NCBI GenBank assembly: GCA_048885185.1
Contig: JBHLQC010000002.1
Span: 1-41,798 of the forward strand
Direction of reading: 5' to 3'
DNA length: 41,798 nt
Source of the DNA: Candidatus Odinarchaeota archaeon
GTDB taxonomy: Archaea > Asgardarchaeota > Hermodarchaeia > Hermodarchaeales > Hermodarchaeaceae
The position numbers and the translations under genes are program-made. The notes under the pieces were generated by a model. That model saw only the letters and a list, made by a program, of their open reading frames with translations, searched no databases and was not told the DNA's origin. Below, piece after piece: positions 24,403 to 32,031 of the stretch (the first letter of the stretch is position 1; the number at the start of each line of letters is the position of its first letter).

Positions 24403-25281
24403 ATGCGCGTTTCTGAGCTAGAGAATGTTTTTGTTACATTATTACGCCTGGCTGTTACTGATTTACCTCAGGATGTAGTCAACGGTTTAGAAAAAGCATT
24501 GAAGTTAGAGAGTAACTCCACGGCGAAGAGTCAACTTGAAGCGATACTAGAAAACATCAAGCTTGCTCGTCAACGTTCTATTCCAATGTGCCAAGATACC
24601 GGCATCCAGATTTTTTATTTAACAGTCGGATCAAAATTTCCACTGATTACTGAAATTCCTCAAATACTCGAAAATGCAGTTAGAAGAGGAACCCAAGAAA
24701 TCCCATTGAGACCAAACACTGTAAATCCGCTGTTTCCCAAAAACCCTGGTGACAATACCGGTCGGTATATTCCTTGGATTAATTGGAAGATTGTAAAAGG
24801 AAAGGACCTGCAAATAACTGCTTTCCCCAAAGGTGGGGGATCGGAAAATGTTAGTCAGTTGAGAATGCTCACACCAGGTCAAGGTTTGAAGGGAATGAAA
24901 CAGTTTGTGATTGACGCGGTTATTGAAACAGGAGCGAAAGCTTGTCCTCCCATAATAATTGGTATTGGAATTGGTGGAGGTGCGGATATTTGTATGAAGC
25001 TTGCGAAAGAACAGCTCCTTCGTCCTGTTGGGCAACGTCATCCTGACCAGAGGATTGCAGGCATGGAAGCAGAGTTGTTGGAGGCTATTAATAAAACTGG
25101 AATCGGACCAATGGGCTTGGGTGGAGATACAACAAGTTTGGATGTGCATATTGATTTCGCTATGCGACATCCAGCTTCATTTCCAGTGGGTTTGGCGGTG
25201 CAATGTTGGGCTGCAAGGCGCGCATCAGCAACGATTACTAGTGAGGGAAGAGTCGAATTTACTTCGCACAAGGTTGAATAA
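24403..25281 (+). CDS. Class I (Fe-S) fumarate hydratase / tartrate dehydratase, alpha subunit
   Basis: CQDTGI motif, PKGGGSEN, and a length and layout typical of the archaeal two-subunit enzyme. Confidence 0.85.
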   Translation: MRVSELENVFVTLLRLAVTDLPQDVVNGLEKALKLESNSTAKSQLEAILENIKLARQRSIPMCQDTGIQIFYLTVGSKFPLITEIPQILENAVRRGTQEIPLRPNTVNPLFPKNPGDNTGRYIPWINWKIVKGKDLQITAFPKGGGSENVSQLRMLTPGQGLKGMKQFVIDAVIETGAKACPPIIIGIGIGGGADICMKLAKEQLLRPVGQRHPDQRIAGMEAELLEAINKTGIGPMGLGGDTTSLDVHIDFAMRHPASFPVGLAVQCWAARRASATITSEGRVEFTSHKVE

Positions 25282-25282
25282 G

Positions 25283-25882
25283 ATGCCAATATACGAACTA
25301 ACCACACCAATTTCCGAAGATGACATTAGGAAACTCCGAGTCAATGATTTGATATATATTACAGGTACAATTTTTACAGCCCGTGATGAAGCTCATGAAA
25401 GGGCTTTGGAATGGTTCAAGGCAAACAAGCCTTTGCCTATCGACCCAACTGGATTAGTGGTGTTTCATTGTGGACCGATTGTGCGACAAGTGAAAGAAGG
25501 ATGGGAACTGATTGCAGCTGGACCTACTACTAGTACACGAATGGAGATGTTTGAGGAAAAATTCATTGAAGCCTTTCAAGTTCGTGTAGTAATAGGAAAA
25601 GGAGGCATGGGTTCTAAAACCGCAGCAGCAATGAAAAACGTTGGAGCCGTTTATGGTGCGTTTACAGGAGGTGCAGCTGTTTTAGCTGCAAAAGCCGTTC
25701 GCCGCATCACAGATGTTGCTTGGCTCGATCTTGGAATGCCTGAAGCTCTTTGGATAATGGAAGTCGAAAGATTTGGTCCGTTAATTGTTGCAATTGACGC
25801 TACTGGTGAGAACCTTTTTGAACGTGTACAAACAGCTGTCGAAAAAAACCGTGAAAAAGCTTACAAACTAGCTGGCATCTAA
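25283..25882 (+). CDS. Class I fumarate hydratase / tartrate dehydratase, beta subunit
   Basis: I placed the start at ATG 25283 (MPIYELTTPISEDDIRKLRVNDLIYITGTIFTARDEAHERAL), 2 nt after the alpha subunit stop. The track ORF from 25001 is an out-of-frame overlap with the alpha subunit. GKGGMG motif present. Confidence 0.8.
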   Translation: MPIYELTTPISEDDIRKLRVNDLIYITGTIFTARDEAHERALEWFKANKPLPIDPTGLVVFHCGPIVRQVKEGWELIAAGPTTSTRMEMFEEKFIEAFQVRVVIGKGGMGSKTAAAMKNVGAVYGAFTGGAAVLAAKAVRRITDVAWLDLGMPEALWIMEVERFGPLIVAIDATGENLFERVQTAVEKNREKAYKLAGI

Positions 25883-25888
25883 ACCACA

Positions 25889-27457
25889 CTATTTCAAGCT
25901 TTCACCACGATATGACGCCGCCAAAAGATCGGTTATATTCATCACTTTGATATCAGAACCTGCTTTCTTTACCGCATCTAATAGTTGGATGAAACAAAAA
26001 GAACAGCTAGTTGCTATCACATCTGGTTTTACGGCACTAAGAATTTCCAATTTAATTCCCGCGATTTCTTCAGAAAGCTCTCTACGACCTGCTCGCACTC
26101 CTCCACCAGCACCACAACATCGATCACTATCTTCAACATCGATAAATTCGATACCAGGAATCATTTTAAGAAGCCTTCGAGGTTCCTCACTAATTCCTTG
26201 ATGTCGGTTCAAATGACAAGGATCATGATAAACCACTCTGATCGGTAGAGGTTTTAGATCCTCTTGGTTTATTTTTTCAAGCCCAACTTCTCTGACTAAA
26301 TACTCAGTTATGTCAAAGGGTTCGAAATCATAAGGGGGTTTATCTTTCTCGTGGAGAACAATCGGCCAATCCTGTTTAATAGTTGACATACACCCAGGAC
26401 AAAGACCAACCACTTTTTTGACACCCCTTTCCGCGAAGGATTTTACATTCCGGAGAACCATATCATAAGCAACAGATCGTGCCCCTGTTCGAAAAGCAAC
26501 ACTGGTGCAACACACAAAATCCTTGGGAATGTGTACTCGTACGTTGTTGCGTCTCAATACTTCGACTACATTCAGTCCTACTTGTTGAATTCTCAAATTG
26601 ATTAGACAACCTGGGAAAAAAAGTACATCATCTATTGGCTTATCAACTTCGATAACTTCAGGTAGCTGGTCAGTTAGAGGAGGGGTCTTAACATCAACAG
26701 CGTATCCTGTGTCTTCAATTTGTGAGACAAACCCTTTGTGTCCTTCTAAAGGTCCCATTTCTCGCTCAACAGCAAGAGCCCGTAGACCTTCAACTGCTGT
26801 TCTCCGTGTATCAATGTGTTTGGGGACACAGACTTCCTTGCATATTCCACAGCTAGTGCAATCATAAAGCCCGCTACTAACTGCCATTTGAACTCGATCA
26901 CCTTGATCACGGGGGTCAAATTCAAAGCTTGCCAGCTCACGCATTGCAATAGGACCAGGATATTCTTGTTTTGCAGACTCGACAGCTGGGCAAGCTGCAT
27001 AACAGGAGAAGCATTCGATGCATGCTCGTAATTCCATTGCAGATGAAATTTCCTCGCGTGTTAGTATTTCTGGGCGATCAGGCGCAGAGGTTCGTTCAAG
27101 GTAAGGACGAAGTTTTTCAATACGTCTAAACCCAGGTCCGAGATCCACAACAAGATCTCGGATTATTGGAAAGTTAGGTAGTGGTTCTAGCACATAGTTA
27201 TTGTTAGGATCGACCACAGTACGACAGGCAAGTCCTGGTACCCCATTGATGTTAATGGCACAAGACCCACATTGTCCTGTTCTACAATTCCAACGGTAAG
27301 CTAGAGAGGAATCAAGATTTCCGAAGATATAATTTAGTGCATCTAAGACGCCCTGACGATCTGTATAAGGAACTTTATAGGTGACGAATTTCGGTTCATC
27401 ATCTAAATCTGGATTGTATCGTTGGATTCGAAATTTCACAACTTGGTTTTTTGGCAT
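25889..27457 (-). CDS. Succinate dehydrogenase/fumarate reductase Fe-S subunit fused to a double CCG (heterodisulfide-reductase-like) domain; TfrB-like
   Basis: 2Fe-2S site CRTGQCGSCAININGVPGLAC; ferredoxin motifs CIECFSCYAACP and CTSCGICKEVCVP; CCG motifs CCTSVAF and RCCGAGGG with flanking Cys. I prefer the start at ATG 27457 (GAGG 9 nt upstream); the ORF extends to 27505. Confidence 0.8.
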   Translation of the reverse strand: MPKNQVVKFRIQRYNPDLDDEPKFVTYKVPYTDRQGVLDALNYIFGNLDSSLAYRWNCRTGQCGSCAININGVPGLACRTVVDPNNNYVLEPLPNFPIIRDLVVDLGPGFRRIEKLRPYLERTSAPDRPEILTREEISSAMELRACIECFSCYAACPAVESAKQEYPGPIAMRELASFEFDPRDQGDRVQMAVSSGLYDCTSCGICKEVCVPKHIDTRRTAVEGLRALAVEREMGPLEGHKGFVSQIEDTGYAVDVKTPPLTDQLPEVIEVDKPIDDVLFFPGCLINLRIQQVGLNVVEVLRRNNVRVHIPKDFVCCTSVAFRTGARSVAYDMVLRNVKSFAERGVKKVVGLCPGCMSTIKQDWPIVLHEKDKPPYDFEPFDITEYLVREVGLEKINQEDLKPLPIRVVYHDPCHLNRHQGISEEPRRLLKMIPGIEFIDVEDSDRCCGAGGGVRAGRRELSEEIAGIKLEILSAVKPDVIATSCSFCFIQLLDAVKKAGSDIKVMNITDLLAASYRGESLK

Positions 27458-27477
27458 TAACTTTAGCCTCAAATCTC

Positions 27478-29181
27478 TTAATTCGTGACCCAAGGTGGCT
27501 TCCATTTTGTGACAATTACTTGTGTTTTTTTGAGTGTCATCAAACCCTTGCTTTGTGAAATTATGATATTAGCAAACCAGCTCTTATTATCTGGATTTGG
27601 ATAATCAGTTCGATAATGTGCACCTCTTGATTCTTTACGGAGAAGCGCAGCTCGAACGATCATCTCAGCAACAAGTGTCATATCTTGTAGCTCTAGGGCA
27701 CTGATCCACTCTGTATTATAGCGCGTGGTTTTATTACGAACAGAAAGTTTTGAAGCAATCTGTTCTTGTTGTTGTTTGATAAATTTGAGTGCTGCATTTA
27801 GGTCTTGTTCATTTCTGAATAACCCAGCCTTTTCCCACATTGTGCGTTGTAAACGCTCCACTTCCTTAGAAGGAATTACTTCCTCCTCCCTTTCCAAGGG
27901 TGCCATAACGCGTGAATATTCTTCTTGAATGATTTTCCTATTAAGAACTGGAGTTGGTGCAGTTGAGGCATATTTTGCAGCGGAGTCACCAGCAATTTTA
28001 CCGAACACTTGACCAGCTGCTAAAGCATTACCACCTAGTCTGTTACCACCATGAACTCCTCCTGCTACTTCTCCTGCTGCAAAAAGACCTTGAAGGTTTG
28101 TGCCACAAGAAATATCGATTCTTAGTCCTCCCATTACATGGTGAGCAGTGGGTGTGACTTCCATTGGTTCTTCTCGAATATCAATACCGATATCCAGGAA
28201 GTCCTCTAACATTGTAGGAAGCCGTTCTTCAATTATTTTTGCAGGTAGAAATGAAACATCTAAATACACTGCTTGATTTTCCGTTCCTCGCCCTTCACGA
28301 ATTTCAGTAGCTAATGATCTAGCAACTTCATCACGTCCAGCTAGCTCCATTTGACGCGGGTTATATCGTTTCATAAACCGTTCGCCATTTTTGTTCAGAA
28401 GAATACCGCCCTCACCACGTACACCTTCAGTCACTAATCGTCCACGAGCAGCCGGAGGAACAGCAGCGCCAGTTGGATGGAATTGAAATTGTTCCATATC
28501 AATTAATTCAACACCAGCTTTGTAAGCCATAGCATATCCACTACCAACATCAGCCTGGGCATTTGTAGTAACATCATAAATTCGTCCTGCACCGCCTGCA
28601 GCCAGGACTATAGCGGGAGCTCTGAAAACCCGGAATTTTCCGGTTCGAATGTCTATAACTGAGACGCCAGCTATGCGTTTTTTATCGCGAAAAAGTGACG
28701 TGGCAAATACCTCATCGATGATGTTAATTTCACGTCTACGAAGTTCGTCGGTCAGAGTAGATAAAACCTCATGCCCTGACCTATCTCCAGCATAGCATGT
28801 TCGACGAAAAGTTTGATGCCCAAAAGGTCGTTGCATGATTAACCCATCAGGGGTTCGAGAAAAAATTGCCCCAAAAGATTCAAGATCATATACACGTTGT
28901 GGCGCTTCATTAGCTAAGATTTCAGCAAGATCCTGATTGTTTAGGTAAGCTCCAGCCTTACAGGTGTCACTTGCATGAATGTCACATAAATCGTCAGGAT
29001 CCAGATTAGCTAGCGCTGCGTTAATTCCTCCTTCTGCCATTACAGTATGAGCTTTTCCAAGAATATCTTTAGTGATTATTGTGATTTCTTGATTAGATTC
29101 GGAGGCTGCAATGGCAGCACGACATCCTGCTCCCCCTGCACCAATAACTAATACATCTGTGTCAATGATTTCAAAAGTCAT
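27478..29181 (-). CDS. Succinate dehydrogenase/fumarate reductase flavoprotein subunit (SdhA/FrdA/TfrA-like)
   Basis: FAD motif DVLVIGAGGAGCRAAIAA, HTVMAEGG, HPTG, RGEGG, the active-site region HHVMGG and SRGAHYR. Confidence 0.9.
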   Translation of the reverse strand: MTFEIIDTDVLVIGAGGAGCRAAIAASESNQEITIITKDILGKAHTVMAEGGINAALANLDPDDLCDIHASDTCKAGAYLNNQDLAEILANEAPQRVYDLESFGAIFSRTPDGLIMQRPFGHQTFRRTCYAGDRSGHEVLSTLTDELRRREINIIDEVFATSLFRDKKRIAGVSVIDIRTGKFRVFRAPAIVLAAGGAGRIYDVTTNAQADVGSGYAMAYKAGVELIDMEQFQFHPTGAAVPPAARGRLVTEGVRGEGGILLNKNGERFMKRYNPRQMELAGRDEVARSLATEIREGRGTENQAVYLDVSFLPAKIIEERLPTMLEDFLDIGIDIREEPMEVTPTAHHVMGGLRIDISCGTNLQGLFAAGEVAGGVHGGNRLGGNALAAGQVFGKIAGDSAAKYASTAPTPVLNRKIIQEEYSRVMAPLEREEEVIPSKEVERLQRTMWEKAGLFRNEQDLNAALKFIKQQQEQIASKLSVRNKTTRYNTEWISALELQDMTLVAEMIVRAALLRKESRGAHYRTDYPNPDNKSWFANIIISQSKGLMTLKKTQVIVTKWKPPWVTN

Positions 29182-29642
29182 TATGATTCCCTCAATTCAT
29201 TAGCTAATTTACTGAGTTTTACTGGAGAACTAATGATCTTTTCTTTGAAAGTAAATCGTGATTCTAAGGGTTGGATAAGCGTTTGAAATACCCAATCCGA
29301 AGCTTTGGTTTGTGCAACCTCATAATTTTCAGCTTCAGTATTTCGGTCTATACGCATGAAGAAATTGAAGGGTTCTTGTTTTGTACTTTCTTTTGAGATA
29401 GCCCAGAAGGATTTTCCCCCTTCAGGAACGTTAATTGATCCAGTCAGTTCGTACCACTCTTCAATTCGAATTTTCCCTTGCTCCTCTCGATCAAGACGAG
29501 CTTTTGTCATCTGAACATTTCGTAGTTCCGATACTTTTTGTAAAAATTGGTATAACGTTTCACTTGACTTTCTTAAATCAAAATCAGAGGTAGTTAGTTT
29601 TACATAAAGATCTGTTCGAAATATTGGCATTAAGTTGTACAC
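29181..29642 (-). CDS. Hypothetical 153-aa protein translationally coupled to the fumarate-reductase flavoprotein gene
   Basis: The TAATG stop/start overlap at 29181 is visible. No family recognised. Confidence 0.5.
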   Translation of the reverse strand: MYNLMPIFRTDLYVKLTTSDFDLRKSSETLYQFLQKVSELRNVQMTKARLDREEQGKIRIEEWYELTGSINVPEGGKSFWAISKESTKQEPFNFFMRIDRNTEAENYEVAQTKASDWVFQTLIQPLESRFTFKEKIISSPVKLSKLANELRES

Positions 29643-29706
29643 CTTCTGTGGAGTCTCAGCAGCGGCAAAGTCTTAGAATGTATTAAACTTTACTCATTTT
29701 GTTGAA

Positions 29707-31221
29707 TTGAAGCTGTGGATTGTAGATAAGAAATTTCGTTTTACGAGTTTTTATCACCTGATTTCTAGATTCCTTACGAGAACGATGAGGATTTCAATAG
29801 CTAAGAAATATGAGCAGACGATTTCAACAATATTTAGTTGTCTCAGTGTTGACTTTTTCCTGCTTCTTATTCAACGATTTCTGTTTCTTGAGAACGCAAT
29901 TGCAAACATTCTCGTATTGTTCATTATTTTCGTTTCATCGATTCTTGTTGTTAGATCTTTTTATTTTGAAAGAAGGAACGAAGTCTTTGACCTAACCGAC
30001 CCAACGATTTTTGAAACTGGTCTCCTAGTCTTTCAATCTCAGCAAAATCACTGTGCGGTCTTTTTTGCATTTAGCATTTCGTCATGGAAATTAAATAAAA
30101 TACTAGCACAGCGAACTCTAACCATACTACTCAAAATTTTACCTGTTTCAACGGTCGTAGCTCTTGAATGGACATCAAAAGGAAAATGTTTCATAAATTT
30201 CTACATCAAACTAGAGAAGTCTTCCTTCCTTACTCGAACCAGAGAGTTAGTTGATAACATAGACAAAAGCTTCAAAAAGATACTTGGAACTCCTTATGTT
30301 CACAAACTGAATGCTGAAGAATTGATGAGGCATTTTTCTCTGGGAATTCCAGGGATAATTCGTCAAATTCAGGGGAAAGGGAAATATCCCATTAATATAC
30401 GAACAGATGTTACATCAGAAAAACGAGTGTTATCCCTAATTACTCCGGTTAACCGTGATACCATAGACCGAATTTTCACAGAATTTCCTTCTCAAACCAC
30501 GAGGTTAATTTTGCCAATACAACGCAAAGATAAGAATCTACAGATAGCTGAATCCTTTGTGATGATTTCAGATGAATCACCTAATAATAGGCGTTACAAG
30601 CATTTCCAAGAAAATAAAATTTCACTGAATATACTTCATGCATCAAAATTACTGCGAACATTTGGTGATATATTATCCCGAAATATGATTCAAGATAATT
30701 ACGAAATATCTGATTTCAGGAACGCCGTCGATTTCATTTTGAATATTGTTCCAAAAGCTCAACAACGTCAATTAGAGAAAAAACCACCAATTGAGCGAAA
30801 ACAGCCTATATCTCCTCAGAACATAAACCCTTCAACATGGAGAGAATTATTAATTCAGTTTTGTACAGACCTAGAACTTTCCTGTGCAAGCAATCCCCTT
30901 ATTCATATTGATAAAATCCCAATAAGATTTGATGCAAAAATTTTTGATAAAGTGTTTTTCATCGTGTCCCATACCAATGATCAACATCTAAGATGGCTAA
31001 TCAACACATGGAAGAAACTACATGAACCAAACGAGCAAAATGAAATTGTTCTCTTAATCACTGAAGACTCACAGAAGACTATAATAGAAGACATGGTCTC
31101 CCCAACTTCGAAATCCCACTACATCACTATTATTTCCACAAAACAAGAGTTAAGAAAACAATTAGAAAAATTAAAGAATCGAATCCTTACCGAAGGGGAA
31201 GCAGTAATCCAAGTTACTTAG
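29707..31221 (+). CDS. Hypothetical membrane-anchored protein (N-terminal TM segments, ~400-aa soluble part)
   Basis: Hydrophobic N-terminus (FSCLSVDFFLLLIQRFLFL, ILVLFIIFVSSILVV). TTG start, with an internal ATG (MRISIAKK) as an alternative. Confidence 0.45.
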   Translation: MKLWIVDKKFRFTSFYHLISRFLTRTMRISIAKKYEQTISTIFSCLSVDFFLLLIQRFLFLENAIANILVLFIIFVSSILVVRSFYFERRNEVFDLTDPTIFETGLLVFQSQQNHCAVFFAFSISSWKLNKILAQRTLTILLKILPVSTVVALEWTSKGKCFINFYIKLEKSSFLTRTRELVDNIDKSFKKILGTPYVHKLNAEELMRHFSLGIPGIIRQIQGKGKYPINIRTDVTSEKRVLSLITPVNRDTIDRIFTEFPSQTTRLILPIQRKDKNLQIAESFVMISDESPNNRRYKHFQENKISLNILHASKLLRTFGDILSRNMIQDNYEISDFRNAVDFILNIVPKAQQRQLEKKPPIERKQPISPQNINPSTWRELLIQFCTDLELSCASNPLIHIDKIPIRFDAKIFDKVFFIVSHTNDQHLRWLINTWKKLHEPNEQNEIVLLITEDSQKTIIEDMVSPTSKSHYITIISTKQELRKQLEKLKNRILTEGEAVIQVT

Positions 31222-31268
31222 AAAATTCTTTATAGGCTTTCTGACTTCCTTCAGAGAAGGTATTTCAA

Positions 31269-31568
31269 ATGGTTAAGAAGAATAAGCCCATTTCAAAGCA
31301 ATCCTCCAAAGGCGAAAAAGAGAAAGAAGAGACAAAAGGTCGCTACGAAGCCGTTAGACGTGAACTCGTGATCAGTGAAGAACAAAAACAGGAAATGGAA
31401 AAAGAAATTCCTACAATGCGGGTGATTACACCTAGCGCAATTGCCCAAAAATATGGAGTCCGCGTTAGCATTGCAAAGGCCGTGTTAACAGAGTTAGAAT
31501 CAAAGGGATTAATTCGACAAGTAATCTCTGAAGGAAAATTTAAGTTGTATTCCAAAACATCAGCTTAG
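31269..31568 (+). CDS. rps25e: 30S ribosomal protein eS25 (S25e)
   Basis: Lys-rich N-terminus followed by RVITPSAIAQKYGVRVSIAKAVLTELESKGLIRQV, the winged-helix motif typical of S25e. Confidence 0.8.
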   Translation: MVKKNKPISKQSSKGEKEKEETKGRYEAVRRELVISEEQKQEMEKEIPTMRVITPSAIAQKYGVRVSIAKAVLTELESKGLIRQVISEGKFKLYSKTSA

Positions 31569-31583
31569 ATTGGAGCGATTTTT

Positions 31584-31973
31584 TTGAATACTTCGGAACT
31601 TTCTCCTACAATCGCTATAGAAATTATCATCAACAATGATATCAGTCTTGAGGGAGAACTACGAAGCATATTATCCCCCAGAACAATTGACAGGATTCTC
31701 CCGAAGCTTCCTATTACTAGTAGGATACACCTTTGGAAAGAAGAATTGTACTTTGAAATAGGGATTCGTATGGGGTCTGAGAAAGCTGTTGCCGCATGCA
31801 ACGCTGGTGACATAGCCTATTGGCCCCAAGGTGATGCAATTTGTCTCTTTTTTACGGCAATGACACCCTTTAACAAAGTAAACCCACTAGGTCAGTTTAC
31901 AAACGTTGATTATGAAAGCGTGTTTAAGCAAATTCGTTCAGGAATGCCGATTGTTCTAAAGGAAAAGCCTTAA
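31584..31973 (+). CDS. Cyclophilin-like-fold protein (COG2164/TM1367-like), unknown function
   Basis: AGDIAYWPQGDAICLFF and the ~130-aa size match my memory of this family. Confidence 0.55.
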   Translation: MNTSELSPTIAIEIIINNDISLEGELRSILSPRTIDRILPKLPITSRIHLWKEELYFEIGIRMGSEKAVAACNAGDIAYWPQGDAICLFFTAMTPFNKVNPLGQFTNVDYESVFKQIRSGMPIVLKEKP

Positions 31974-32031
31974 TCCGCAGAATATTTCTTCTGATTGAGT
32001 GGTTTAAGTAATCTGTTTTTAACACACAACT

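Noticed and set aside
25001-25282. N-terminal 94 codons of the 293-aa ORF 25001..25882
   Set aside because: This part overlaps the fumarase alpha subunit out of frame. The conserved beta-subunit sequence starts at ATG 25283, right after the alpha stop.
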